Source of the DNA: a virus
Length of the DNA stretch: 64,000 bases
Direction: 5' to 3' (one strand)
IMG/VR virus record: IMGVR_UViG_3300002925_000017
Below the pieces are notes generated by a model. That model ran no database searches. It worked only from the letters and a program-made list of their open reading frames with translations, and was not told the DNA's origin. The position numbers were made by a program, and so were the translations under genes. This document shows, one piece after another, positions 9,532 through 20,035 of this stretch. Every line of letters starts with the position of its first letter. Position 1 is the stretch's first letter.

Positions 9532-10753
9532 AGAAGGTAAAATATGTAACGGAACTATATGTGCAGTAGGAGGCTTTGGTAAAACTAATATGGTAATAGA
9601 ATACGTTTTTAAACCTATACAACAAAAAATAGATTTATCGATGTATGAAACTCCATTTATTGTTATAGTTCCAAAAATTGATTTACTTGTACAGTGGGAA
9701 AATAGATGTAAAGAAAAAGGTATAAATAACGTCTATTGCACCACTGTACAATCGTTAATAAAAAGTAAGAAATTATTTCAATGTAAACTTGTAGTTTATG
9801 ATGAAATACATAGATATTCTAGTACCGAATTTAAAAAATGTTTTTCTAATTTATTAATACATTCTGAATGGAGATTAGGTCTTTCTGGTTCTCTTAATGA
9901 AAAACTTAGATATTTTCTTAGAGAAAAAGATTTACCGATTGTTGCAGAGTTAACAGAACAAGAAGCTATATCAAATGGTTGGGTATGTGATTATAAAGAA
10001 TACAATTTACCTATTTATTTAGACAAAAACACTTCTTTAACTCTTAAAAATATTCAAGATGAATATAATAAAAAACTTATATTACTATCAACAGATAGAC
10101 CAGATTGGTCGATAATTGGAAAAGTTTTAGAATATAAAACTAATATATTAGGTAAAAAAGAATATCCTTACGCTAAGCAAATAGCACAATTAAAAAATTT
10201 AGATGTAGGTGTAATTATCGGCGCTGCTATAAGTTTAAGAAAATTAATACAAGAAAGAAAAAAAATAATATATAACTATCCTAAAAAAATAGAAGTAACT
10301 AAACAAATTATAGATTTATTTCCGAATAAAAAAATTGTAACTTTCTCTTTAGAAAATGATTTTGTTGATAAATTATCACAATATTGTGGAGGTATATCTT
10401 TACATGGTGGTATAGGCACTAAGAAAAAACAAAAAGAAATTTTAGATAATTTCTACTCAAGTAAAAGCGGTGTTCTTCATACTTGTTTTAAACTATCAGA
10501 AGGAACTGACATACCTGATTTAGAAATAGGGATTAATGTGTCTTATTATAGCAGTTGGGTATCTAATGTTCAAAAAATATGGAGAGTGACCAGAAAAATA
10601 GATAATAAAGAACCAATCTTTATTAATTTATATTTAAAATATCATCCAAGTATAAATGATATAACACAAGAAGAATATTGGTTGATAAAACAACAACAAA
10701 ATAGAAAAAGAAATGTAAAATGGATAGAAAACATTAACGATTTATATGAATGA
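9446..10753 (+). CDS. superfamily 2 (DEAD/H, ResIII-like) helicase
   Basis: Walker A GGFGKT, motif II YDEIH, motif III LSGS, LSEGTDIPD and QKIWRVTR C-terminal motifs. Confidence 0.85.
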   Translation: MSQENSLNISSRDKKQQELIYIWKTTKNREGKICNGTICAVGGFGKTNMVIEYVFKPIQQKIDLSMYETPFIVIVPKIDLLVQWENRCKEKGINNVYCTTVQSLIKSKKLFQCKLVVYDEIHRYSSTEFKKCFSNLLIHSEWRLGLSGSLNEKLRYFLREKDLPIVAELTEQEAISNGWVCDYKEYNLPIYLDKNTSLTLKNIQDEYNKKLILLSTDRPDWSIIGKVLEYKTNILGKKEYPYAKQIAQLKNLDVGVIIGAAISLRKLIQERKKIIYNYPKKIEVTKQIIDLFPNKKIVTFSLENDFVDKLSQYCGGISLHGGIGTKKKQKEILDNFYSSKSGVLHTCFKLSEGTDIPDLEIGINVSYYSSWVSNVQKIWRVTRKIDNKEPIFINLYLKYHPSINDITQEEYWLIKQQQNRKRNVKWIENINDLYE

Positions 10754-11369
10754 AATATTAGATAAGTTTGATTTGTTAATTAAGAGAAAGTTGTCTTTTA
10801 ATCAATTTTTCTATTTGTATTTAATTTATTCTAACAGAATTGCTACTTTATATAAATATCAAACAGAATCTAAATTTCCTCTAACTAAAGATGAAATTAA
10901 TCATCTTTTTGATTTAGGATATATAACAGAAGAATGGACAGATGAATACCCTGATAATGCTAATCTTACTAAAAAAGGTAAAAAAGTAATATTAGAAATT
11001 TTAGGAGAAAAAAATCAAGATAATTTAGAACTTAAAAAAAGATTTTGGGTAGAACTTTATGAAACCTATCCTAAATATTGGGGAATACAAAAGTTTGTAG
11101 CAACAGGATTAAAAGCAATATTGACTTTAGATGGTAAAATTATAGAAGGAGCCCCTGCTTATGCTGATTTATATTATAAAAATATAAACGGCGATGAGAA
11201 ATTACATGAAGAAATAATCAAAAAAATAGAATGGGCAAAAGAACAGAATGCCCCAGATAATATCAATAATGTAGTTTCAGAAATACATTGTACTCTTGCT
11301 TCTTTTATAGTTGATATGAAATGGAAAAACATTGAAATAAAAGAAACTAATGCGAGAAAACTTTATTGA
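10746..11369 (+). CDS. putative replication initiator/helicase-loader-like protein (wHTH-like N-terminus)
   Basis: LFDLGYI...LTKKG wing-like segment, FWVELYETYPK motif, located directly before DnaB. Confidence 0.5.
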   Translation: MNEILDKFDLLIKRKLSFNQFFYLYLIYSNRIATLYKYQTESKFPLTKDEINHLFDLGYITEEWTDEYPDNANLTKKGKKVILEILGEKNQDNLELKKRFWVELYETYPKYWGIQKFVATGLKAILTLDGKIIEGAPAYADLYYKNINGDEKLHEEIIKKIEWAKEQNAPDNINNVVSEIHCTLASFIVDMKWKNIEIKETNARKLY

Positions 11370-12261
11370 ATATGGGTTTAAGCATATTTCTGAAGTTTCA
11401 GAAATTGCTTTAAAGAAAATAGATAGTTATAGAAAAGGAGATATAAAGCCTTATAAATTTTGGAGTAAAAAACTTAATGATATTATTGGTGGAATTTTTC
11501 CAAGTGACCAAATTATTATTGCAGGTAGAACTGGCTCTGGTAAATCAGCTTTTGCTCAAATATTAGTTAAATATTTAGCAAGTGAATATAAAGATATTAT
11601 TATATTATATTGGTCATTTGAAATGAAAGATTTTCAAAATGTTTTTAGATTTTATTCTAATTCTACTAGTACGAGAGTTAAAGATTTAATTTCTGCTTAT
11701 AAACCTCTCTCTGATAGTATTTATAATCAGATTATTGAATTAAGTAATGAATATAAAAATTATAATATATATTTTAGAGATGTACCTGCAAATGTTAAAG
11801 ATTGGGCACTTATTGTTGATAAGATATGTTCTTCTAATAAAGACAAAGTAATAATAAATATAATAGACCATACAAGACTTATATCTCAAAAAAATGAGAA
11901 AACAGAAGAAGAAAGAATAACATCTCTTGCTAATGCAGGAATTGCTCTTAAAAATAAACATGGTTGTATAAACATATTTCTAAGTCAATTAAATAGAAGA
12001 ATAGAAGAAGGTGAAAGAAAAGATGTTGGTAAAGACGGATTATTATTAAGTTATATTTTCGGTTCTGATGGAATCGCACAATCTGCTGATTTAATATTAG
12101 GTATTCATAGACCAGAGATGTATGGTTTACTTCATTATGGAAAAGAAAAATTATCTACTGAAAATTTAATAATAGTACAAGTTATGAAAGCAAGAGAAGG
12201 AGAAATATGTGATATAGCTATGAAACATGATTTAGCAATTAATCAAATTTATGACTATTAG
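11350..12261 (+). CDS. dnaB: DnaB-like (SF4) replicative helicase, C-terminal ATPase domain only
   Basis: AGRTGSGKS, IIDH, SQLNR, ADLILGIHR, KAREG motifs; lacks the N-terminal DnaB domain. Confidence 0.9.
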   Translation: MRENFIEYGFKHISEVSEIALKKIDSYRKGDIKPYKFWSKKLNDIIGGIFPSDQIIIAGRTGSGKSAFAQILVKYLASEYKDIIILYWSFEMKDFQNVFRFYSNSTSTRVKDLISAYKPLSDSIYNQIIELSNEYKNYNIYFRDVPANVKDWALIVDKICSSNKDKVIINIIDHTRLISQKNEKTEEERITSLANAGIALKNKHGCINIFLSQLNRRIEEGERKDVGKDGLLLSYIFGSDGIAQSADLILGIHRPEMYGLLHYGKEKLSTENLIIVQVMKAREGEICDIAMKHDLAINQIYDY

Positions 12262-12421
12262 AGATAAATTAATTCAAAATCTTGGTAAAGAAGTAGAAAT
12301 AATTATTAACGAAAAGAAAATTAAAGCTAAGATTAATTGGGTTACAAACTCTTATACAAGTATTACTCTTACAAAAGGATATATAGTTTTAGACATTAAA
12401 AATATTAAAGAAGTATGTTAA
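12251..12421 (+). CDS. small hypothetical protein, 56 aa (MTIRDKLIQN...IKEVC), not in the ORF track
   Basis: Hand-translated; fills the dnaB to 12415 gap and overlaps both neighbours. Confidence 0.6.
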   Translation: MTIRDKLIQNLGKEVEIIINEKKIKAKINWVTNSYTSITLTKGYIVLDIKNIKEVC

Positions 12422-12852
12422 AGAATGTTATTAAAAGAGGTAACTTAGTTTATTTTACATTGAATAATAAACCATTTCATATGGAAGAAGAATTATTTAA
12501 TGAATTGGGTTTAAATAAAGAACAATTAAAAGAAGAATTTTATTTAGCAATAGATAATATCAATGAAAGTTATTATATTACTACAGAGCCGACAGAATAT
12601 AAAATTAATCAATATTTTACTAAATGTTCTATAGAAGATTTACAAACAGAATTAGTAAGTAAAACTGATATTATAGTTGCTTTTGAAACTAAAGAAAAAC
12701 ATAAAAGAATTTACAAAGGTAAATATGTTAATTATATAGAAGATAGAGATATTTATTTATTCTTAACTGATAATAATGAATTTAAATCTATAATTCCCAA
12801 AAATATAAAAATGATATTTAGATTAGATAATAAAAATGTTTATGAATTATGA
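12415..12852 (+). CDS. hypothetical protein, 145 aa
   Basis: ORF. Confidence 0.6.
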   Translation: MLKNVIKRGNLVYFTLNNKPFHMEEELFNELGLNKEQLKEEFYLAIDNINESYYITTEPTEYKINQYFTKCSIEDLQTELVSKTDIIVAFETKEKHKRIYKGKYVNYIEDRDIYLFLTDNNEFKSIIPKNIKMIFRLDNKNVYEL

Positions 12853-13261
12853 TAAAGTAATTCTCAATAATGCTTTATTAGAGCTAACAAAACATTATAC
12901 TAAAAGAAATAAATATCCTTATTTAGTAAATAATGTTGTTTTAGAAAAACTAATAAAAAAGACATTTAATATTTTAAATCTCAATATTAAAAACTTTATC
13001 ATTCGTGATTGGTGTTTAATATATAAACAACAATGTATTTACTTAGGATATTTTCTTAATGATTATTTTATAGAAAAATTAGAAAATTTTATAGAGTCTT
13101 TAAAACCAAAATATATAGTTCATAAAGATACAGGTATATTTTATGAGGTTTTAGAATATAAAGACACTATTAAATTAAAAACTTACAGATATAATAAAGA
13201 AATTATAAACACAATAACTGAAAAAGATTTAGACAATTTTTATATCATAGATTATGAGTAA
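12836..13261 (+). CDS. hypothetical protein, 141 aa
   Basis: ORF. Confidence 0.55.
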   Translation: MFMNYDKVILNNALLELTKHYTKRNKYPYLVNNVVLEKLIKKTFNILNLNIKNFIIRDWCLIYKQQCIYLGYFLNDYFIEKLENFIESLKPKYIVHKDTGIFYEVLEYKDTIKLKTYRYNKEIINTITEKDLDNFYIIDYE

Positions 13262-13934
13262 TGATTTAGTTCCAATGAAAGAAGATGCTAAAAATAATAT
13301 AGTATCAAGTAATGTAGAAAAATTTAAACAAGCAGAACTTTTAAATAAAGAACAAGCTAAAAATATCTACAAAACTTTAACTATTCCTAAGCATCTTTTA
13401 TCTTCTGATGAAGAAAGTACAATTAATTTATTAGCTCTTGCTGTCGCACAATGTAATGAACTAAAAATTCCTGCTGTTACATATTTTTCTAAATTCTTTC
13501 CTGTTAACGGAGTTTTACAACCATCTATACACATTTGGTATTATTTGGCTTCAAAAAATAAAATAGAAGTAGATGTTTTAGAAGATAGAGTAATCGTAGA
13601 TAGAGAAACTTTAGATTCAAAAGGAGAAGTCTCTAAAGTAAAAGACTTTAGAACTACTGTGCAAATAAGGTATTATAATCCTGTTCTTAAAACAATAGAA
13701 CACAAAAAAGAAAGTGTTTATTGGTCTGAAATTGTAAAAGCAGGTTTGCATACTAAAGAAGCGTATATAAAATATCCAGGTATTCAAATGCGACATTGGT
13801 GTTTTAGACAATTAATTAGGACAAATAGACAAGATATACTTGGTAACATTGAAATTTATACCGCAGAAGAAATTATGGATTTTTCTAATATTAATTATTC
13901 TTATGATAGTGAAGGTAATCTTATAACAAAATAA
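13254..13934 (+). CDS. RecT/Bet-related ssDNA annealing protein (recombinase)
   Basis: KAGLHTKEAYIKYPGIQMR...DILGNIEIYTAEEI resembles the C-terminal core of phage single-strand annealing proteins; replication-module context. Confidence 0.65.
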   Translation: MSNDLVPMKEDAKNNIVSSNVEKFKQAELLNKEQAKNIYKTLTIPKHLLSSDEESTINLLALAVAQCNELKIPAVTYFSKFFPVNGVLQPSIHIWYYLASKNKIEVDVLEDRVIVDRETLDSKGEVSKVKDFRTTVQIRYYNPVLKTIEHKKESVYWSEIVKAGLHTKEAYIKYPGIQMRHWCFRQLIRTNRQDILGNIEIYTAEEIMDFSNINYSYDSEGNLITK

Positions 13935-13939
13935 TAAAA

Positions 13940-14920
13940 ATGCTTTTAGAAATATATAATGAACAAAAAAAGAGAAGAGAAAAACCAAAAAAACCAAAAA
14001 AGTATTCTTTTCTCTTAATTTTATTTTCTTTTTTTAGTGTAGTTTTTGGTTGTTCAAATCTTTTAATTTTAGAAGAGTTTAATTTTTTTACTTTTATAGT
14101 AATAATTTTTACTCTGCTAATTTATATTATTAATGAATATTATAAATCTTATGGAGTTTTTAAATTTGTAGAAACTAATAAATATGTTTATCTATTTATT
14201 TGTATTGTATGTGTATTTATAAGTTTAACTTCTGTTTACGGAGTTTATCAAATAATGGATACTTATTCTATACAGAAAAAACAAATTACTTATAAAAGAG
14301 AAATAGATAGTTTGTACAACAAAATAAACTCTAACTATATAGATTCATTAGTTAAATTGAACAATCAAGAATTATATTCAACTAAAAAAATGTCTGATTC
14401 GCTAAAGCAACAATTGAGTTTAAAAAAACAAAAGATTGAAGAGGATATATATAAAGAAATAGAAAGATATAAAACTCTTGAAAAACAAGAAAATATTAAT
14501 AATTCTTTGTCTTATATGAAAAAATCTAAAATAAAAGACATAGTTCTTTATTTTCTTATTAGTATTGTTTTCATAGTAGAGTCTTGTATTATAGCTTTAT
14601 CTTATCAATCTGGAGTTGTTTATAAACAATATTTGTTAGATTTAGAGGAGTATAATAAAAGAAATAAAGAGTTATTAGAAAGTAAAATAGGTAGGCAATT
14701 TCAAGAGTATATAGAAGCTATAAAATATATTTATTCTCTATATGAAGTCCATGATGTTTTTGTTAGAAATAAATTTACTTTTATAAAGAATAATAAGTCA
14801 GAGTTTATAGATTTATTAGAATCTTTAAAAATAATTTCTGATGATAGAAATTCTAAAATTTTAGTAACAGAAAAAGAAGCACTTGAAATTATTGATAAAC
14901 ATTTTTCTAAGTTATTATGA
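13940..14920 (+). CDS. membrane protein with long coiled coil, 326 aa
   Basis: About 3 N-terminal TM segments, a charged helical middle and a further TM segment. Confidence 0.65.
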   Translation: MLLEIYNEQKKRREKPKKPKKYSFLLILFSFFSVVFGCSNLLILEEFNFFTFIVIIFTLLIYIINEYYKSYGVFKFVETNKYVYLFICIVCVFISLTSVYGVYQIMDTYSIQKKQITYKREIDSLYNKINSNYIDSLVKLNNQELYSTKKMSDSLKQQLSLKKQKIEEDIYKEIERYKTLEKQENINNSLSYMKKSKIKDIVLYFLISIVFIVESCIIALSYQSGVVYKQYLLDLEEYNKRNKELLESKIGRQFQEYIEAIKYIYSLYEVHDVFVRNKFTFIKNNKSEFIDLLESLKIISDDRNSKILVTEKEALEIIDKHFSKLL

Positions 14921-15075
14921 CAAAGAATGAAATTATAAAGCAAAAATTTGAAAAAGGACTTAAACCTATACAAGTTTATGATTTCCTTAAAACATATGAA
15001 AACGGTAAGTATCAAACCACAATTACTTATGTAACAGTAAGATACAAAGAATTTCTAAAAGAGAAAAAAAGATAA
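14917..15075 (+). CDS. small basic protein, 52 aa (MTKNEIIKQK...FLKEKKR), possibly HTH-like; not in the ORF track
   Basis: Hand-translated; ATGA overlap upstream, terminator immediately downstream. Confidence 0.55.
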   Translation: MTKNEIIKQKFEKGLKPIQVYDFLKTYENGKYQTTITYVTVRYKEFLKEKKR

Positions 15076-15095
15076 TTTAAAAATTTACTATAAAG

Positions 15096-15130
15096 AAAGT
15101 CAATTATTATATTAGTAATTGACTTTTTTT
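15096..15130 (+). terminator. intrinsic terminator
   Basis: AAAGTCAATTA...TAATTGACTTT 11-bp stem followed by a T run. Confidence 0.8.
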
Positions 15131-15171
15131 AATCACTTATAAAATTTTATAAAGTTTTAATAATTAATAAG

Positions 15172-16107
15172 ATGAATATATTTGATGAATTTGACAAACC
15201 TTCAAGAGTAAAAATGGTTGGATTAGCCCCTGCAAGATTAAAAAGTATTAATGTTGATAATAATTTAACTTCAAAAGGACAAAAAAGATTAGATTTAAAC
15301 CTTGAATTTGAGTATAAAAAAGATAATGAAATAATTACTCAACCTACCAAATGTTCTTTTTGGTTCAAAAATACTGAAGATATAACTACTACCAACGAGA
15401 GCAAAGCTAAATTTATAGATAATAGAGGTAATTCTACTTATTATATTCCTAATAAATTAAGTAAGTATAAAGCTGATTTTGAAAAATCTTCTTTTAAACC
15501 TAAAGAATTGGAAAATATTAATATCTCAAATATGAGAATTGCTTATTTAGGTGAAGTAGAAATAATAAATGCTTTAAAAGTTTTTTTAGGATATAATAAA
15601 AATGTAAAATCTGATTTTGTTAAAATTAGTGATAATGATGGTTATTTTTTCATAAAAGATTGGTATGATAATAAGTCTGAAAAATTAAATGAATTAAATG
15701 AATATCTTACTCAAAAAATTAAAAAAGCTATAGTAATGTTAGGTGTAAATGAAAAAGGATATTCTATAGTTTATCCAAGACAATTCAGTTACGGAAGTAA
15801 TTTAGAAATAAAAACAGAAAAAGATAAAGCTAACTTTGAAAAAATACAAAGTTATTTTATTAAAATTAAAGAAAACTATAAAAGAGATATAGTTAAAGCT
15901 TTAGACTCTGCAAAAGGAGATGTGAACATAATTAACGAAATTATGAAATATAGAACTGAAACTGATTTTTATTATACAGGTTTAGCTGTTGAATATGATG
16001 ATGAATTAAGACAATCTGAATTAGCAATTGATTATGCTCTTATAAGACAACAAATACTTTCTGAATATGGTATAGAAAGTAATATTGATAATAAATTACC
16101 TTTTTAA
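15172..16107 (+). CDS. crAss-like single-stranded DNA-binding protein
   Basis: Acidic tail ending DNKLPF (SSB-type C-terminus); N-terminal VGLAPARLKSIN segment; replication context. Confidence 0.6.
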   Translation: MNIFDEFDKPSRVKMVGLAPARLKSINVDNNLTSKGQKRLDLNLEFEYKKDNEIITQPTKCSFWFKNTEDITTTNESKAKFIDNRGNSTYYIPNKLSKYKADFEKSSFKPKELENINISNMRIAYLGEVEIINALKVFLGYNKNVKSDFVKISDNDGYFFIKDWYDNKSEKLNELNEYLTQKIKKAIVMLGVNEKGYSIVYPRQFSYGSNLEIKTEKDKANFEKIQSYFIKIKENYKRDIVKALDSAKGDVNIINEIMKYRTETDFYYTGLAVEYDDELRQSELAIDYALIRQQILSEYGIESNIDNKLPF

Positions 16108-16111
16108 AACC

Positions 16112-16948
16112 ATGAATCTGTCTGTCTATGAAAATTGTTTAACTGCTGAAGTTTTTGGAAACGTAAAAGATGAAGAAGTTTTCGATTACATAACAAGAAA
16201 TAAAAAAGCACAAAAAATTAGAAAGTACTATGGTACTGATAAATATGCAAAAGAAAAACTCAATCTACCGGGTGTAACATGGGCGGGCAGATTTAATAAA
16301 TATAGAGATAAAAACAATTTTTTAGAATCCTCTGGGTATGTTTACTTTGATATAGATAATTATAACGATAAAAATACAATAGCAAACATACCAGAGGTTA
16401 AAGCTGTATGGACTTCTTTATCTGGTAATGGAATAGGAGGAATATTTAAATCTGATGTAACAAAAGAAACTTATACTTCAACTTATAGAGAATTTGGAAG
16501 AAAATATAATTTAAATTTAGATAAAACTTCTGATGTTAGTAGAATTAACATTATTAGTTATGACAAAGATATAATAGTAAAAGATGAAGTAAAATTATTT
16601 CCTTCTGTTTCACCAGAATTAACTTCATATACTATTGATGTAGAAGTTAATAATGAAATAGAGGAAGCTTGTATTTTAGCTTATAATTCTACTATTAAGA
16701 AAGGATATGTTTATCAAATAGGTTGTAGAGATAACTTTTGTACACATTATTTTTATTTATGTAATATCTTTGGTGTTCCTTTAGAATACTCTATTAATTA
16801 TTTATATTCTAAAAATTTATTTAATTATAGTGATTTTAACATAGAAGAAAAAGGTAAAGATATTTATTCAAGAAATAAAATAATTTTTAACACTAAACAA
16901 ATAGATTCAATAAATGGCTTACTTAGAACAAAGAAAAAGAGATATTGA
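16112..16948 (+). CDS. VirE-N/BT4734-like primase (AEP superfamily) with helical C-terminal domain
   Basis: LPGVTWAGRF, SGYVYFDID, WTSLSGNGI, DKTSDVSRINIISYD; ATG at 16112 preferred as start. Confidence 0.75.
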   Translation: MNLSVYENCLTAEVFGNVKDEEVFDYITRNKKAQKIRKYYGTDKYAKEKLNLPGVTWAGRFNKYRDKNNFLESSGYVYFDIDNYNDKNTIANIPEVKAVWTSLSGNGIGGIFKSDVTKETYTSTYREFGRKYNLNLDKTSDVSRINIISYDKDIIVKDEVKLFPSVSPELTSYTIDVEVNNEIEEACILAYNSTIKKGYVYQIGCRDNFCTHYFYLCNIFGVPLEYSINYLYSKNLFNYSDFNIEEKGKDIYSRNKIIFNTKQIDSINGLLRTKKKRY

Positions 16949-18707
16949 AGATTTTCTTCCCGGAAAATCTGTAAGAGTAAATTTCTCAACTTTTGAAGAA
17001 GATAAAAAGTTATTAAGAAAATTAGCAAGGGACAGTATGTATGCTGACCCTTTTTCTTTCATAAGAGAAATTGCTTGTAATGCTTACGATGCTTGTGTAG
17101 AAAATAAATCAAATAAAAAACCACAAGTTATATTACAAACAGAAAGCGTAGAATTGTTAGAAAACAGATTAATATTTAAAGACTTTGGAAAAGGAATGTC
17201 TAAAGAATTTATGTTAAATAATTATAGTTCTTTAGGTACTTCAACAAAAAGAAATGACCCTAACCAAATAGGAAGTAGAGGGTTAGGAAGGTTATCTCCT
17301 TTAAAATATACAGATAATTACTATGTAATTACAAGATTTGAAGGAGTAGAATATATGTGGTTTGTATTCTTAGACCAAGAAGATGAAATTTCTATTAAAT
17401 TAGTAAGTGAAAAAGAAACAAATGATATAGGCACTGAAGTTATTATTCCTATTAAAAATATAGAAAAAGTAGAATTTGAATTAAAACGTAAATTGATATA
17501 TTTTCCTATTGAACCTATAGGTTGGGAATTTGAAAAAACACCTGATGTTCTTTTTGAAAATGAAGATGGCATTGTCTATCAATATATGTCTTATTATGAT
17601 GAAACTTTTATGGGAATAATTTTAGGAGGAGTGTTTTATAGTAGAAAAATATATATCAATGGTTTTGCTAGCATTCTTAAATTTAATATAGGAGAACTAA
17701 CTCTACCTGCTACAAGAGAATTTATTGAAGAAACTAATGAAAATATTTCTAAAATAAATGAAAAAAGTCAACGATTAAGAGAAGCATTTAAAAAGTACGC
17801 AGAAGAGCAAGTTTCAAATCAAAATAATCTTTTAGAAAAATATAATATCCTAAAAAAATATAATTTACAGAATACAATAAAATTACCAGATTTAAAATTA
17901 TATAAAGTTAAATCTGATTTAAGTTATTATAAAATTAATATTACAGATTTTTTTAGGAATGATATAAAAATATATGGCGATTCTCTAGAATTTTCAAGAT
18001 TAAAAGACTTTTTTAATAAAAATCCAAATGTAAATTCAATTTCTTTTATTACTTGTGATGAAAATCTTGTAAAAGAACTTAATATAGATTATATTAATAT
18101 AAAGACTTTCGATAAAATAATAAACAGAAAAAAATCTGATAATAAAGAAGAAATTTGGTGCTCGTTAGACTATTCTCCTTTAAGTAAAAGAATTATTGAC
18201 TTTGAAAAGAAATACATTTATTGTTTTTTAGAAGAAAGAGCAAGATTAGAAGAATTATATCTTTTTTTAAGAAATAATGATTGGGATAAAGAAAATTATT
18301 CTACAATATGCTTTGGTAAAAACAATAAAGGGATTATAAATGAAAATTTTATTTATTTAGATGATTTTATTAAAAAGCACGAAGAAGATTTAATTAGAAT
18401 GAATACTCTAAGTAAATTAGGTATTGAATTTAATAAATTTAAAGGTTTTAAAAGTTCTTTAGATTATATTGATGAAGTACATGAAGTTTTAGAGGAAATT
18501 CGTACTTATTATAAATGTAGTTTAGGTTCGTCTTATTCTTATTATACAGATAAACTTGGTTTAGAAAAAGAATATGAAACATTTGCTAAAAAAATTAATT
18601 CTTTATATGAAAAGTATAAAATACTTCTTTATGTAAAAGATTATGCACCTACAGAATTAATAAAAAACTTAATAAATTTAATAAAAAATGCAAGAGATAA
18701 TAGGTAA
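16914..18707 (+). CDS. rIIA: rIIA-like protein with GHKL (HSP90/MutL-type) ATPase domain
   Basis: IREIACNAYDA, DFGKGMS, GTSTKR, IGSRGLG GHKL boxes; followed by an rIIB-like gene. Confidence 0.8.
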   Translation: MAYLEQRKRDIEDFLPGKSVRVNFSTFEEDKKLLRKLARDSMYADPFSFIREIACNAYDACVENKSNKKPQVILQTESVELLENRLIFKDFGKGMSKEFMLNNYSSLGTSTKRNDPNQIGSRGLGRLSPLKYTDNYYVITRFEGVEYMWFVFLDQEDEISIKLVSEKETNDIGTEVIIPIKNIEKVEFELKRKLIYFPIEPIGWEFEKTPDVLFENEDGIVYQYMSYYDETFMGIILGGVFYSRKIYINGFASILKFNIGELTLPATREFIEETNENISKINEKSQRLREAFKKYAEEQVSNQNNLLEKYNILKKYNLQNTIKLPDLKLYKVKSDLSYYKINITDFFRNDIKIYGDSLEFSRLKDFFNKNPNVNSISFITCDENLVKELNIDYINIKTFDKIINRKKSDNKEEIWCSLDYSPLSKRIIDFEKKYIYCFLEERARLEELYLFLRNNDWDKENYSTICFGKNNKGIINENFIYLDDFIKKHEEDLIRMNTLSKLGIEFNKFKGFKSSLDYIDEVHEVLEEIRTYYKCSLGSSYSYYTDKLGLEKEYETFAKKINSLYEKYKILLYVKDYAPTELIKNLINLIKNARDNR

Positions 18708-19548
18708 ACAATTTAACAGACAAGATAATAAAATAACTATTTTCTTTAAAGATGATAATGGAAATGTGGAAGTATTTTACTATCCTTTTACAGACGAAAT
18801 TTTTGAATTAGCAAAAACTAATAATATAAATAAATTATTAGAACTTAAGAAACCTAAATTAGCTTTAAAAAACATTTTTGGGGATATTATAGAGAAAAAT
18901 CAAAATTATTATTTGGAAGGAACTAATATTCCTATGCCAAGTAATTTAGTTAAAGTTATTTTGAATGATTATTCTAAAAATTATAATGTAGATAGTTTAA
19001 TAAAATTCTGGCAGAAGAGTTTAAAATGTAAAAATATAGAAGCTGCTAAATCTCTATACGATTTCTTAGAAGCTAATAATATGCCTATTACAAATGAGGG
19101 TAATGTTGTGGCTTGGAAACGTGTAAGAACAAAAAATAAAAAAGGTTTAGAAGTTTCTGATGATTTTTATGGAGTTAAATTTTATGCAGGTAAAGTTTGG
19201 AAAGATAACCAAGAAGTAGATAAAGATTTAGAGCAAAGATATTTAACTTGGTTACATGATATTTCAGAAATCGATTTAGTAGATTGTTATACAGGCACAT
19301 TTATTAATAATGTAGGAAGCGTTGTTGAATTTAAAGGAACTCCAGATTACGATAGAAATAATACATGTTCTCCTGGAGGTTTACATGTTGCTAATGAAGA
19401 ATATGCAAGAAATTTTTATAACGATGCTTCAGGTGTTTTAATTATGGTTGAATTTAGTCCGGAAGATGTAATTTCTTGCCCAGTAGACCACAATTTCGCT
19501 AAACTAAGAGTCTTTAAATATAAAGTTTTAAGCGTAGTACCTGAATAA
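18688..19548 (+). CDS. rIIB: rIIB-like protein
   Basis: FLEANNMPITNEGNVVAWKRV, DCYTGTFINNVG, CSPGGLHV, EFSPEDVISCP, KLRVFKYKV. Confidence 0.8.
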   Translation: MQEIIGKQFNRQDNKITIFFKDDNGNVEVFYYPFTDEIFELAKTNNINKLLELKKPKLALKNIFGDIIEKNQNYYLEGTNIPMPSNLVKVILNDYSKNYNVDSLIKFWQKSLKCKNIEAAKSLYDFLEANNMPITNEGNVVAWKRVRTKNKKGLEVSDDFYGVKFYAGKVWKDNQEVDKDLEQRYLTWLHDISEIDLVDCYTGTFINNVGSVVEFKGTPDYDRNNTCSPGGLHVANEEYARNFYNDASGVLIMVEFSPEDVISCPVDHNFAKLRVFKYKVLSVVPE

Positions 19549-19558
19549 TTAACCAAAG

Positions 19559-19586
19559 AGGTAGTAGTGAAAACTACTACCTTTTT
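19559..19586 (+). terminator. intrinsic terminator with GAAA tetraloop
   Basis: AGGTAGTAGT-GAAA-ACTACTACCT followed by TTTT. Confidence 0.88.
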
Positions 19587-19600
19587 AAACTTTAAATAAT

Positions 19601-19798
19601 ATGAAAGAACTTAAAAGTATCATTGGTCTTGGAATTTTATTTTTTACTTTTTATTTAGCTTTTGAAGAAAATAATGAAAAAAATTCTGCTATTAAAACAT
19701 ATCTTTATTGGGATAGTTTAGGATATAGCGGCGCGGATACTGCTGTTTATCGCTCTTTAGAAGAAGATAAAAAATTTCAAAATAAACAATTTAAATAA
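19601..19798 (+). CDS. small protein with N-terminal hydrophobic segment, 65 aa
   Basis: ORF. Confidence 0.5.
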   Translation: MKELKSIIGLGILFFTFYLAFEENNEKNSAIKTYLYWDSLGYSGADTAVYRSLEEDKKFQNKQFK

Positions 19799-19800
19799 AT

Positions 19801-20004
19801 ATGATATACTACGAATTTAATTTTAAAAGATTTTATTTTCCATTTCAAAAAACAGAAAATGGTTGGGTTTTTGGTTTTATAAGAAAAGTTATAGAAGAAG
19901 ATTTTAAAACACAAAAATATGATAGATTTATTGATGATATATTAAAAGACATTCAAGATGTACAAACTTTTCCGAATGAAGATATTGAAAAAGAAATTAC
20001 ATAA
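19801..20004 (+). CDS. hypothetical protein, 67 aa
   Basis: ORF. Confidence 0.5.
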   Translation: MIYYEFNFKRFYFPFQKTENGWVFGFIRKVIEEDFKTQKYDRFIDDILKDIQDVQTFPNEDIEKEIT

Positions 20005-20010
20005 TAGGTT

Positions 20011-20035
20011 AGACTCAATTTATAAAATTGAGTCT
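20011..20035. repeat. perfect 11-bp inverted repeat
   Basis: AGACTCAATTT-ATA-AAATTGAGTCT, no T tail. Confidence 0.75.

Noticed and set aside
4857-17572. Short minus-strand ORFs antisense to the early genes (4857-5201, 6329-6535, 11740-11961, 13617-13997, 14731-15015, 17321-17572)
   Set aside because: Fully shadowed by well-supported + strand genes, with F/I/L/S-rich composition typical of antisense artefacts in AT-rich DNA
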